A stretch of 64,000 nt of DNA from Podarcis cretensis (Eukaryota), in contig OX638152.1 in NCBI GenBank assembly GCA_951804945.1, positions 26,970,001 through 27,034,000 on the forward strand. Reading direction: 5' to 3'. This document shows positions 38,561 to 50,271 of the stretch, piece after piece. Every line of letters begins with the position of its first letter. Within the stretch, counting starts at the first letter, position 1. A program made the position numbers and the translations under genes. The notes below the pieces were generated by a model, which worked only from the letters and a program-made list of their open reading frames with translations, was not told the origin of the DNA and did no database searches.

Positions 38561-39708
38561 GTGAAACTTTAGGAAGCATATGTAAAAATAGACGGTAAAA
38601 GTTAAGGCACAAGTAGGAGATATTTACATCCAGTTAAAGAGTGCTTTTTAAATTCCAGTTTTTTTAAAAAAGGTTCATTAAAAGCATTAGATTTGAATAT
38701 AAAAAATATTTGTTTTTACAACTACTAATGCCCTACATGAAAATAAACTCAGTTTCACTCCTCAGCTCTTTATAGATCCATTGGCTTTAATAATAGTGTC
38801 ATGGCTGAATAGTTGGCTGATGTTCCATCTGATGAAAGAGCACAAAGGTTACAGACTTACGGCTTTAGAAACTGAGTGTTCTAAAATTCTCCAGCACCCA
38901 ACACTCTTCACTCTATTGGCCTTGATCCAGCTCAGGTTAATTGTGACAAATTGTCATTGAAACCAATGAATCAAGTTTAGGCATAACCAAGTTGGAACAG
39001 CAGGACCGACATCAGCTGCTTTTATAGAACAGCTATCATGGTAGCTTACTGGTCAACCAAGGCAATGGTTCACTACCATAACTACCTGCCTCTTGGCAAA
39101 ATGAATCTAGCAGCACACTCTTATCACTAAATAAATTCAATAGTTGCAATAGCAGCAGCACAAGATTCAACAGGTATTTCAGACAGTGCAAAGCTGCAGC
39201 TGGGTGCAGGTTTTATTGCTGATTAGCTACAGCAGGTTGGCCTGATGCTATGTGCCTCTGCTGTCACTTGCAGATGGGAGTATAAAAGCAGGCTATAGTA
39301 TAATAGATACATAGAGAACTGTGTGTTCTCTCATGAAAAATACTAAGATGCTGTGCCAGGGTGTCCCCAGTATTGCCTCAAGAAAACCTGAATTCTACCT
39401 GTGTTTATTGTGCATATTTACTTTGTGCAGTGTATATGTTGCTTCAGCAAGCTACAAGGTAAAGAGCTATGCAGGGAGCTGAGGCTCCAACACCCTCTGT
39501 ATGGTTTTGAAATGTTTAATAAGGTATTGCAGAGCTACCCTTGCCCCTGATGCATTCATTGTGTCCCCGTTACATCTGCTTGAACTGTTTCTACTGAACA
39601 CACTCCTTCAAAAGCTGAAATAATTCCACAGCAGCACGAGAGCAAAATTGGTATGTATCTACAAAACTCTGTGGGTTAAATAAAAGTGCAATCTCCCTTA
39701 AGCATATA

Positions 39709-39967
39709 TTGTATTTTTCGCTCTATAAGACGCACCAGACCACAAGACGCACCTAGTTTTTGGAGGAGGAAAACAAGAAAAAAAATATTCTGAATCTCAG
39801 AAGCCAGAACAGCAAGAGGGATTGCTGCGCAGTGAAAGCAGCAATCCCTCTTGCTGCTCTGGCTTCTGGGATAGCTGTGCAGCCTGCATTTGCTCCATAA
39901 GACGCATACACATTTCCCCTTACTTTTTAGGAGGGAAAAAGTGAGTCTTATAGAGCAAAAAATACAG
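39709..39967. mobile_element. Tc1/mariner (Tc2-like) MITE inside FLT1 3'UTR
   Basis: gtatttttcgctctataagac...gtcttatagagcaaaaaatac TIRs; same family as 12152. Confidence 0.8.
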
Positions 39968-40305
39968 CAACTAAGTAGACCAGAAGCAGCTTCTAGCCTG
40001 GTCAGTTTCACCATCCTCCCATAGCATTGCCCGAGACCAGTGTAAGGATCTGTACTTAGGAAGTGAGAGAAATACAGTGCACAGGGCTCCCTCCCTACTG
40101 TTCCCCTCACACATTTGAATAGTTACTGGGTTCCTGCCGTTGGGTGGAAGCTAGTGCTACAGCCCAGAAATAGCCTGTACTCTACAGGGGTGCTGTTGGG
40201 TCAGTGAGTAGCAGGAAGGAGCGTTCAGTATTTTAAATGGTGATAGTGAAGAGATGCAGCTCAGTGGAGGAGCAGCTGCTTTGAGTAGTTCAAAGTCCTT
40301 CCTTG

Positions 40306-40507
40306 CTACACTGGAGGAGTGGAATAGCGAACCACCGAGTTATAGCTGGGAGGAGAGAAGCCCTGCATCTGCTTCCCTTCCCAGCCTGTGCTACCGCGGG
40401 TAAATGACAGAGTCACATCGCTGATGTGACCGCAGCTGGAACTGTAAACCTTTGGCTTTGCGATGTCACAAAGGACAGACTCCTTGCTTCGGCTGCCAGA
40501 GAGGAGG
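40306..40507 (-). CDS. FLT1: FLT1 last exon (30), ends in TAG
   Basis: ttgtag|C CTC...; 202 nt; LLSGSRSKESVLCDIAKPKVYSSSCGHISDVTLSFTRGSTGWEGKQMQGFSPPSYNSVVRYSTPPV*, the FLT1-type C-terminus YNSVVxYSTPPx. Confidence 0.93.
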
Positions 40508-41203
40508 CTACAAGCAAAAGCAGACGTGTGTTAGATTAAAATTATGTATCATTAATATGTTTCCACTATCCTCACCAATGCTATAGAGCATGAACTTGTT
40601 TGGGAACTGCATTTAGGATTTCTCATGCCCAAAACAAGATGCAGTCTTTTCTTTTTTTCCTTTTAAGCAAGTCTGACCAACTTCCTTACTGTCCATTCAC
40701 TGCTTAGAATAATTCCTGTTAATACAGCCTTTTCATGGGCAAGCCCTTATTCCCTAGACAGGAGCTAGGCAGAGGAAGGCGGCTAACACAACATGGCAGA
40801 GGGCAGGAACAAAAATAATGCTCTTGCATCCCTCCATTGTCATGTTGCCAAAGGGAAGGGGCACTAAGAACAAAATCCACACCCTGCCCCCAGCTCTATA
40901 ATGTGGTCGTTTTTGTATATTGCTAACTCAAACACAAGGCAGGGACCAAATTGACCAGTGCTGTGGGAGGTGTAAACCTTCCCCCTTTTGCAATCTTCCA
41001 CCTGCCCATAAAAGCCACCCCATAGAACAAGATATACCCATATGATACCTGATACCCATAGGGCAAACAGCAGATGAATGGAAAGTGGTCTTTCTCAGGG
41101 AAATGGTTCACAGGAATAGGGTTAACACACCCTTTAAGTGACACAAGCAAATGTCCCCACTTTGTGTCTCGTTGCATCCTGAATAGTCATTGAAATCACA
41201 TAC

Positions 41204-41295
41204 CCAAAGAAAGTTTGCTTTTGTTTGCTGCCTGTCCATGTAAAACGCTTCCGTTCTTCTGAAGGCAGCACCATCCCACTGTCGGCCTGGTAATC
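41204..41295 (-). CDS. FLT1: FLT1 exon 29
   Basis: ttttcag|GAT...TTTGG|gtatgt; DYQADSGMVLPSEERKRFTWTGSKQKQTFF. Confidence 0.92.
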
Positions 41296-42335
41296 CTGAA
41301 AAAGAACACACCTTCGGTAATGCAACTTTGTTCCTTGTGTGTTCAAGTTTACCACAGTTACACATTGACTCTGAATAACCCATCATCTACATGGCCCTAG
41401 ATTGACTTTTTGGTAAAAGTGCAACCATGTAGGGTGTTCAACAACTGTGCAAAACGTGTACCTGTGTATGCAAAGAGTTGAGTTTGTACACCAATATTCA
41501 CATGTAACATTCAATGACCATAAAGTCTGTGTACACAACAGCTTAGCTGTACAAATCAACAAGGGTACACCCACAAATACTCGTTTATGTTTAGAGACAG
41601 CTTGTACTTGTATTTGGGGTAATATGTGAATAAGCCTTATGTTAGCTGCAAGAAAAGTGGTGTATGAGCAGTGGTAAAAAAAGTATTCCTGTTCCCAAAA
41701 AAGTGATAAATTATCAAATTGTTAACTATTTCTTAGTTGACACTCTTTGTCCACTGAGACTTAAGTAGGACTGCACTTTTTGGTGTTATGGTTTAGCATA
41801 TCTTTACATACCAGAGATATTCTTGGAGTTCTCTGAGCGTAGACTCAGTTACAAGCTTCAGGGACACAAAAAGGAGACCTGGCTCACAGAAGCAAGTTGT
41901 ACATACTCCCAATTCTTCTCTGGCTCATATTAAAATTCCTAGTTTACCTAGCCAACCACCTCACTACTTCTCCATCAGCCCTCTTCCTTCCATAAATTAG
42001 TCTTGGAGCCCCTTCAAGTCAGTGGTGTTTTTTGCAGGTGTATTCTGCAATGTGTTGGGCTCGTAGCTTCTTGCTGAAATGCTGTAACTTTTTATCCCAC
42101 AAACGTTTATTTTTTAAAAATAAATAAATTTTATTTTCAGTTTTTCTTAAAAATATTTTACATCAATAGAAATCCAGTATTACAATACACAAAAATATTC
42201 TGTTTCCCCTCACCCCTTTTGTGGTTTCTTATTTTAATTCATAACACTGCATTTTCTTCGTCATTCTAATTATTAATTACTCCTTCAAAATTTCTTTGAA
42301 CTGTTTGGTTTAAATTAATCCGCCTAATGAACTTA

Positions 42336-42688
42336 CAGTGGTGCCCCGCAAGACGAACGCCTCGCAAGACGGAAAACCCGCTAGACGAAAGGGTTTTCCA
42401 TTTTGGAGGCGCTTCGCAAAACGAATTTCCCTATGGGCTTGCTTCGCAAGACGAAAATGTCTTGCGAGTTCCTGTGGGTTTCCCCCCTTCCCCCCCTTTT
42501 CCTAAGCCGCTAAGCCACTTATCAGCTGATCCGCTGATAAGCCGCTTAACAGCGGATCGCTAAAAGCCGCTAAACCGCTAATAGCGCTAATCCGCTAAGC
42601 TGTCAATGGGCTTGCTTCGCAAGACGAAAAAACCGCTATACGAAGAGCCTCATGGAACGGATTAATTTCGTCTTGCGAGGCACCACTG
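42336..42688 (+). mobile_element. Tigger/mariner-type MITE, family A
   Basis: TA|CAGTGGTGCC...GGCACCACTG|TA. Confidence 0.9.
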
Positions 42689-44011
42689 TATGTGTGTACA
42701 ATGACATTTCAAACAATCTACAAATTTTCCCCAGTCACTGATAAAGTTTTTCATCCCACAAATGTTCTGGGGGTGTGTGTACATGTCCCCTTTTGGTGTT
42801 GCAGAATATACCTGCAGAAAAGCACCAGTTTGGAAGGGTGGTCCTGCCATTGACACAATAATGGCACATTAGTGGTGGATTTACACTACACTGCCCCCTC
42901 CGCTGCATTGGTTATTATGTGCTGCTTTTGCCACGTTGCTGCATTATTGCCATCTGGAGGGGGCACTCTTCCACAACTAAATTGGGCAACAGGGTGGGGA
43001 AACAACCCAGAACTTTTGTGGGACAAAAAGTTACAGGATTTCAGAAGGAAGCTATGGGAAATGGCACTGGTTGGGAATGAAGCAGTATGTCCAAACCTAA
43101 ACCTTTTGCAGGCACAGAGAGCACTGATCGTGTATATCGCTTTTGTAAAGAACTATGCAGAAATTCTGGTTTTAGTATATTGGCTGTTTGGCCGTGATAA
43201 TAAACATTCATTTATTTAACACCACCATGAGCACAAATCACTCTGTATGCACAATAAAAATGACATCAGGAGGTGCCCACTCCATGTTGTGATGGGAGCA
43301 GATGGGGCAGTACCCCCAGCTACAATTAAAAAATTAAAGAACCATTTTTTGTTCACTGCTAATACAGCAGCAGAGAAAGCCACCATAGCTCTTGGGAGTT
43401 ATAGTTTTTCCAAGCTCCATACTCCTACCTCCTTTAATCTGCTGCTCCTATTGAAAGAGGTTTGGGGAGGTAGGTGAGTGACTGATTTCAAAAAGTCAGA
43501 ATAGCTAAGTGATATATTCCCAACTTTTTCCCAAGTCAGTTTGTGGTTTGGGGAGCTTGCCCATCAACTGCCTTGAGGTTCAGGTGGAGGGACTGGATAG
43601 AAATGAATGAGTAATTAGACTAGTTCCACTGTCACACTCTACTGTGACGAACGGAGAAAAGGCCAGCCATGGTGGGGAGTGTGCACTGCATCCCTCCTAG
43701 AGGTCCCTGCAACATACAAACACTCTCTCCACACAGATATATCACACCCAGCACATTATTTACCATTTGGCTAATTAACAGTCTGGGGGAAAAAAAATCA
43801 ATGCTACTTTTAAACATGTTACTCTCGCCGTGCACATCAGCAGGACAATACCAACTTGCACAGCAAAATGAGTCACTCTTCCCACAACATCAGCCCATCC
43901 TGGAGGAAGATGACCACAAAGGATCTGTTGTATTCCTCTTTAGCTCAGCAACACAAGGCTGGATCTAAAATGGCACACACCACACATTTTAGTAGGTTGA
44001 TCATGACTTAC

Positions 44012-44087
44012 ATCACACCCAAGTTTGTTTTTGGGTGAAAGTTCCTCAAAGGTCTTGACTTTCATTCTGAAGGCATTAACGTATCTC
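44012..44087 (-). CDS. FLT1: FLT1 exon 28 (Y1213-equivalent YVNAF)
   Basis: ttttcaag|GAG ATAC...GAT|gtaagt; RYVNAFRMKVKTFEELSPKNKLGCD; start could be 44084 (tandem acceptor). Confidence 0.9.
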
Positions 44088-44143
44088 CTTGAAAAGCAAG
44101 CAGAAGAAAAAGCTTGTTAGATGATCTCAAAACATACCCTATA

Positions 44144-44369
44144 CAGTGGTACCTCGGGTTAAGTACTTAATTCATTCTGGAGGTCCGTACTTAACCTGAA
44201 ACTGTTATTAACCTGAAGCACCACCTTAGCTAATGAGGCCTCCTGCTGCTGCCGCGCTGCTGGAACACGATTTCTGTTCTCATCCTGAAGCAAAGTTCTT
44301 AACCTGAAGCACTATTTCTGGGTTAGCGGAGTCTGTAACCTGAAGCGTCTGTAACCCGAGGTACCACTG
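44144..44369. mobile_element. Tigger/mariner-type MITE, family B
   Basis: TA|CAGTGGTACCTCGGGTTA...TAACCCGAGGTACCACTG|TA. Confidence 0.9.
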
Positions 44370-44629
44370 TATGTACATTGAGCTGCTCTGTTTTATATTC
44401 TTCCTACCTGTGAACATCTGAACAAGGGTGAGACACTCTAACTTTATGGGCAGGATTTAACTAAGTTGTTGCATGAGCAGAATGAGATCCAGTTGTGCAA
44501 CAGGACTTTGCCCCGTCTTTCCCCTCAAATCCCCTAAATCTGTTCTGGATGGTTGGGGAAACTTTAGAGGGCATGCACGAAATCCATTACTTTGCTATGT
44601 ACGTAAAATATCTTGGTATTCCATCATAC

Positions 44630-44772
44630 CCAGTGTTTTCGATGCTTGTGTAATTCAAGGCTGGTACTGAATGATTTCCTCTCTCATGAGGATGAGGGGA
44701 AGTTGGAGAGGAATGGTCAAATTCAGGATCCACTGATAATATAGTATTCAGAGGGATATAGTCTTTGCCATC
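44630..44772 (-). CDS. FLT1: FLT1 exon 27 (Y1169-equivalent DYIPL)
   Basis: atgtag|GAT...ACTGG|gtatga; 143 nt; DGKDYIPLNTILSVDPEFDHSSPTSPHPHERGNHSVPALNYTSIENT. Confidence 0.92.
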
Positions 44773-44937
44773 CTACATAAACAGAAGTATAAAAATCATC
44801 AAACAGCTAGGAATAGTGTGAAAACAATGCCAAGCATTGGAGTCCACAAGCTCCCTAGGGAGTCCATTCCACTGTCAAACAACCATGACCTCCCTGAAAC
44901 ACCATAAACATGGTGTACACTGCATTTTGCCGCTTGC

Positions 44938-45043
44938 CTGCTTTACGTTTGCTTGAAGTAGATCTCCCAATCTCTCCACCAGCTCTGAGAATCTTGGCCT
45001 TTCCTTTGGATCCCCTTGCCAGCAATCCAGCATGATTTGATAT
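44938..45043 (-). CDS. FLT1: FLT1 exon 26 (end of kinase domain), GC donor
   Basis: ttggcag|A TAT...CAG|gcaagc; 106 nt; [35 protein letters not shown]. Confidence 0.93.
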
Positions 45044-47954
45044 CTGCCAAAAGCAAAAGACAGGGTATCATGAGCACTCCTTCTATGATTCACACTTGAA
45101 CAGCAGACTTCAGATCTGGGAGCCACCCTTAACCCAAACTTGCAACATGGGATCCATTTTTAAATTATTTTCTATACACAGCCACCTCCCTCCCTCTCTT
45201 TTCTCTCCTACTTTCTAACTTAAACTCTCTCTGATTTTATGCTCTTCAAACAAAATACAGACATGGTGAAAGTGCTACCGATACCCCCAGAGTTCAGAGC
45301 ATTTGTGTGCCTTGAAGAACCATCAGTGCCGTGCAGTAGAGAACACATCAAACCTCTTGTAGTATTTCAGGCATTTCTACAGAGTTAAGCTACAGAGTTA
45401 ACTGTTGCAGTTTTAATTATTTTTCATAGGATTTAGGTTCTGAGGAAAGTGAGGAAGAAGTCAGTACAGTTATGATGAAACTCCTGCTTTTTCATTCTTC
45501 CTCTTTCCACATGTGAACGATGAACAAATACTTAAACTCCTCACAAGGCTTCATAGCTTGGTCGCTCGCTTGCCAGACTAATCTCAGGGCTAGAAAAATC
45601 TCTGTTGCATTGAAATCTTAAAGCTTCTCTACTGCAGTGTAAGCCCATTATCTCTTGCCCTCCAAGCGCCAGTTACGCCATTGCTCACATCAGCCTTTCA
45701 TGTGTTTGAAAGGTTATCAAGCTGCTTCATCGACCTTCTCTGGCATAAGCCAAACACCAGGAGCCCTCAGCAGCCTGCATCACAGATCTCTGCCCCCAAT
45801 CTCTGATAACCTCTGCTGCTCTTCACTGATTCCTCTCTCAGTTGTTATCCACACACCCACCCCAAAAAGCACACGGGCCTCACAATAGCCAAACCAGAAA
45901 GTTTCATTCTGTAGTTTTGCCATCATAGGACTATTAGTAAATGTGATGGCTGAACAAAGTGATGCTGAAGCATCAAAGGGGGAACGGGATGTCGCACATC
46001 TCATGTGGTATCTCTTGAGAATCCTTGCTTTTATCTACCAACCTCCCCATCCCACTTAAGATAGGATTAATAGTGTGTGGGCAATGTCTGGTAGATTCTT
46101 AGATGCAGGGCTTAGGGATTTGTTTGTGTAACAAAGGAGGTTCAGTTGGCTTCAGACAGGAATTTTAACCCTCACACAACTTTTGGTTTCAGAGTTGAGG
46201 GCAATTGTTCTTGCAGTTATGACATTTATGAAGTTACATCTGACCCGGGGTGTGTGTACAAAAATGCAGAAAAAGAAATAAGAGGGAGGGAGGGCCCATA
46301 CTTTAGGAGGCAGTAGCCATGCATGTGCTACACATTTGAGATGCTGGGGAAGTTCTTCAAGCTCAGACTAGAAACCTAACTTGGGAGGCCTGTAAAAATC
46401 CCTTGCAAAAGAAGAGGTGAGTTTTACAAGCCCCAAATGTCTTCTCCTCCATAGATGAAAACGCCAGCAGGAGAAGACATCCCAGCTCCACCCAACTTCA
46501 CACCGGTATGTTTCTGTCATTTGCCTCACCTGTCCCTGCTGCCTTCCCCATACTCAAAGGTCGCTCCCATTTTTCCTTCCACACACACATATTCCCCTGT
46601 CCCACCAGTAGGGAGCAGCAACAGTAGGAAAAAATGGTAGGTCTCCCCCCCCCCCATCCTCTAACAGCATGGCAGGCAAGGAGAATTATTAGAGTTATGC
46701 TTCTTCCAAGGGCTCCTGCAAATGCACCTGGATTTAAATTAATCTGGAGCCTGTATTCACTGGGATTCCTAATACCACTGATCCTAATCATACTGCATTG
46801 CCATCCATTTGGATTTTTCTGGGAATATCCTGCATACAGGAGTCTGGTTTCATCAGCGGTTGGGAACCTCTAGTCCATGGGCTTCAAGATCAGCCCAGGA
46901 AGTCGTTTTTGGGGCACCACACCCATCTCTCTTAACCTGACGTCTTATATGACATCAAGCATGGGAAAGTTCAAGAGGCAGCTGCTGCAGGGCAAGGCAA
47001 AATGTAGCACTTCTCGAATTTGTCACTTTTTTCTTTTGCTCTGAACAGAGAAATGAAAAAAGCACAGAATTTTGCCTGCAAAAGAAGAAGGGGCAGTGCA
47101 TTCTGAGTGCACTCCCAATTCTTCCTTTAAAGCCACTGCTTGAATTCAAGCTGATGATGCAAAGGAACAAACCATCCTTTGCAGTCATGGCTTGCATTCA
47201 GTCCAGCTGCAAAGGAAGAATTGAGAATGCAACTGCAGATTGAAGCCACAATCACCTGATGTTATGTGATATCAGGTGAATGAGAGGATGTGTGGTCTGT
47301 GTGGGGCTGGCCACTTCCAGACCTGGCCCTCCGGCTTAATCCAATTTCCCAGCTCCAACTTACAGGATAACCACCCCAAAATCGTTTTGATGTCCTTTTC
47401 TGATATCATGTTCTCCGTGAATGTGTCTCCATAGGAATTACACAAAATCATTCTGATTGTGAGACGCACATAGGAACTAGTATACATCCTAAATTGTGTG
47501 TGTGTGGCCCTCCACCCTGTCTGGAGCTTAGGGGAGCTGAAGTCCAAAACATACGGAAGACCACAGCTTAGGCACCCCTGCCTTAAATCCCAAAACCCAG
47601 AGAGCAGATCTTAAGGATAAGTTCCTTTAAGGAAAAAGCTAGCAGAAGGCCTAACTAAAGCCAAAGCCAAATTATGTTTTTAAGGAAAGCAGAAAAAAAA
47701 TGATTCAGAAAGGGGTGACTTAAGAGTAGAGAATGTGGTGCTTAACCTTTTCACCACCTATAATTTCTCTGTTCCAGTTTCTCCCCCTTAAAACTAGGTT
47801 AACTATCTGCCTACAGCAGGGGTGGCTAAGCGGTGGCTCTCTAGATATTGTTGGACTACAACTCCCATCATCCCTGTCCATTGGTCTTGCTGGCTGGGGG
47901 TGATGGAGGTGGAATTCAACATCTAGATGGCCACAGATTAGCTATCCCAAATGA

Positions 47955-48091
47955 NNNNNNNNNNNNNNNNNNNNNNNNNNNNNNNNNNNNNNNNNNNNNN
48001 NNNNNNNNNNNNNNNNNNNNNNNNNNNNNNNNNNNNNNNNNNNNNNNNNNNNNNNNNNNNNNNNNNNNNNNNNNNNNNNNNNNNNNNNNNN
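47955..48091. other. Assembly gap (137 N)
   Basis: Run of N; abuts the tail side of a Squam3-type SINE. Confidence 1.
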
Positions 48092-48310
48092 CGCCTTTCA
48101 CTCCCTTTAAGGAGTCTCAAAGTGGCTAACATTCTCCTTTCCCTTCCTCCCCCACAACAAACACTCTGTGAGGTGAGTGGGGCTGAGAGACTTCAGAGAA
48201 GTGTGACTGGCCCAAGGTCACCCAGCAGCTGCATGTGGAGGAGCGGAGACGTGAACCCGGTTCACCAGATTACGAGACTACCGCTCTTAACCACTACACC
48301 ACACTGGCTC
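48092..48310 (-). mobile_element. tRNA-derived SINE (Squam3-type), tail lost in gap
   Basis: Near-identical to 22942-23192. Confidence 0.85.
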
Positions 48311-48548
48311 TCAAATGAAGACATTTGAAACCCTATGGCACGAAGAGCAACGGGGGAAAGGGTGATATCAAGCATAGAAGTAACAGGCTGGGAAGGTTTA
48401 TGCACCTCTTTCCCAAATCCTACTGTTCTAAATTCCCAAAGCACTTTTATCCTAATGAAGGTTGGTGGCATTTTGTTACATGTGCGCACTGTTTGGTTTG
48501 TCCCAAAGTAATGCATGCCAAAAATGATACTGTCCAAAGCACTCGTAC

Positions 48549-48648
48549 ATCTCTGGGGTTGCAAAATCTGGGGCTTTCATTCTTATGCCTTCTTTTAACT
48601 TGTTGAAAAAGTCTTCATCTATCTGAACACCTGGATAAGGAGATGCAC
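48549..48648 (-). CDS. FLT1: FLT1 exon 25
   Basis: ctttag|GT...GAGAT|gtacga; [33 protein letters not shown]. Confidence 0.95.
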
Positions 48649-50271
48649 CTAAAGGAGAAGAATTAAAAAACACACACTCTGAAATTGGAATGGAGAGAAT
48701 AACAAAGGAAACCACAGACACTTCTGACATGTGAACCTTTACAACATTTGCATCCTATTAGAGACTGAGCGTTTTCTAAATTGAGTTGCTAACCTGTGTG
48801 GCCTTCCAGAAGTTTTGGACTCCAACTCCCATCAGCCCCAGTCAGCATGGGACCTGGTAGCCCATCAACATCAAGAGGCCACAAGCCAGCCACCTTCCTG
48901 CTCTAAAGTAAGCCTGAGATCTATTTTGCTTCCCACCACTCTTCTGTTCTGTTTGGGTGATGGGCAATGAGTTCTGATGTAACATAGGGGCATACTATTT
49001 TCTATATTCTTTTCTTTTAGCTTAGCTTTTCAATTGTTCATCCTTTCTCAGGGTAGTAAGAGTTAATTATGAGGCAAGAGCAATCCCAGCAACAAGTACT
49101 AAACAACCAGAAGACTGTTTGTCTAAGGAACTGCATGCATGGACCAATTTCCTCTGCTGTTGTGTCTGTCTCTTCTACCATTCTTCTTTGATGAATGAAA
49201 TTGCTGCTTCCTTTGCAGGACAGATTTTGTATCCTGCATTTTTAAAAAAGATTATTATTATTATTATTGTCTTGCTCAGCATTTCCATCCTAGATGGCAT
49301 GCTCACCCAAAGATGATAATTTCAGTCTTTGTTTGCCTGTGAGCCCCATGGATTAGTATGAGGAGGAAGCAGCTGTGAATGGCAATGGCTTGGCACTGTG
49401 AGATCCAAGAGCTGATTCTGGTTGTGCTGCTGAAAGTTGCTTGTTTGTTTATTATTAAATTTGTATCTCACCCTTCCTCCCAAAGGAGCCCTGGGTGGCA
49501 AACAACAAGTGATAAAACAATAAGAACATCTTAGAACGTTTTGAAAAAAACAATTCCAGTACAGATGCAGACTGGGAAAGATCTCACAGACTTTATTGCT
49601 ATTATGGCCCGCACAGAAAAGTGCAGGAATGGGTAAGGTCTATCTAAAGAAATATTACCAAGATAGATAGATTATCTGACAACAATTTAAAAACCTCTCC
49701 TTTCATGTGTTCCCGTCATTGTTGAGACACATGGTTCGTAGTTTATTTGCTATTTATAAATAATTGCCATATTTTGTGTAGCATAATAAATACTGATTAA
49801 CAGATTAATACAGTACCACGGTTCTGATGTGAACAACAGTGAAGTCACTAGATCCTGAAAAGCACAAGGACCTCCTCTTGCCCACCCACACATTGAACAA
49901 AGTGGTTTTTTTCTCCCCTTTTCCAGTCAATACCCCAGTACTGCATCATAACCAGCCTTAGAATCTTCCATGCTGAAAGAGCAGCCTGCAGTGTGGCAAG
50001 GGAGGAGACAAGCTGCCTCTTAGAAGCCACACAGATAACAAGGGCTTACTGCATCATTGCCATTCCAAGGCCTCCTAGCCACTGCCTTTCTGCCTTTCTG
50101 GGTTCTGTAAAATGGGGTTAAGCATGTAGCAGGTGATTTTAGATTGCACAATATAAAAAAGTAGGGACTGGGAGAGAAGGTAGGACAATTTTGATGGGCC
50201 CCTTTACTGCCTGCTAGTTGCTGCCATTCAGGTAAAGAAAATATTCTGAGGTCTTGAGTTCTTGCTTTCTA

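Larger units (their letters stand above)
38535..40305 (-). other. FLT1: FLT1 3'UTR (approximate end)
   Basis: Lies between the FLT1 stop codon and the first strong minus-strand poly(A) signal context noticed. Confidence 0.55.

Noticed and set aside
39676-40110. 144-aa minus-strand ORF
   Set aside because: Lies in the FLT1 3'UTR and mostly spans a MITE; no recognisable domain, non-ATG start
47848-48328. ORFs containing X runs
   Set aside because: Artefacts of the assembly gap and flanking SINE/MITE
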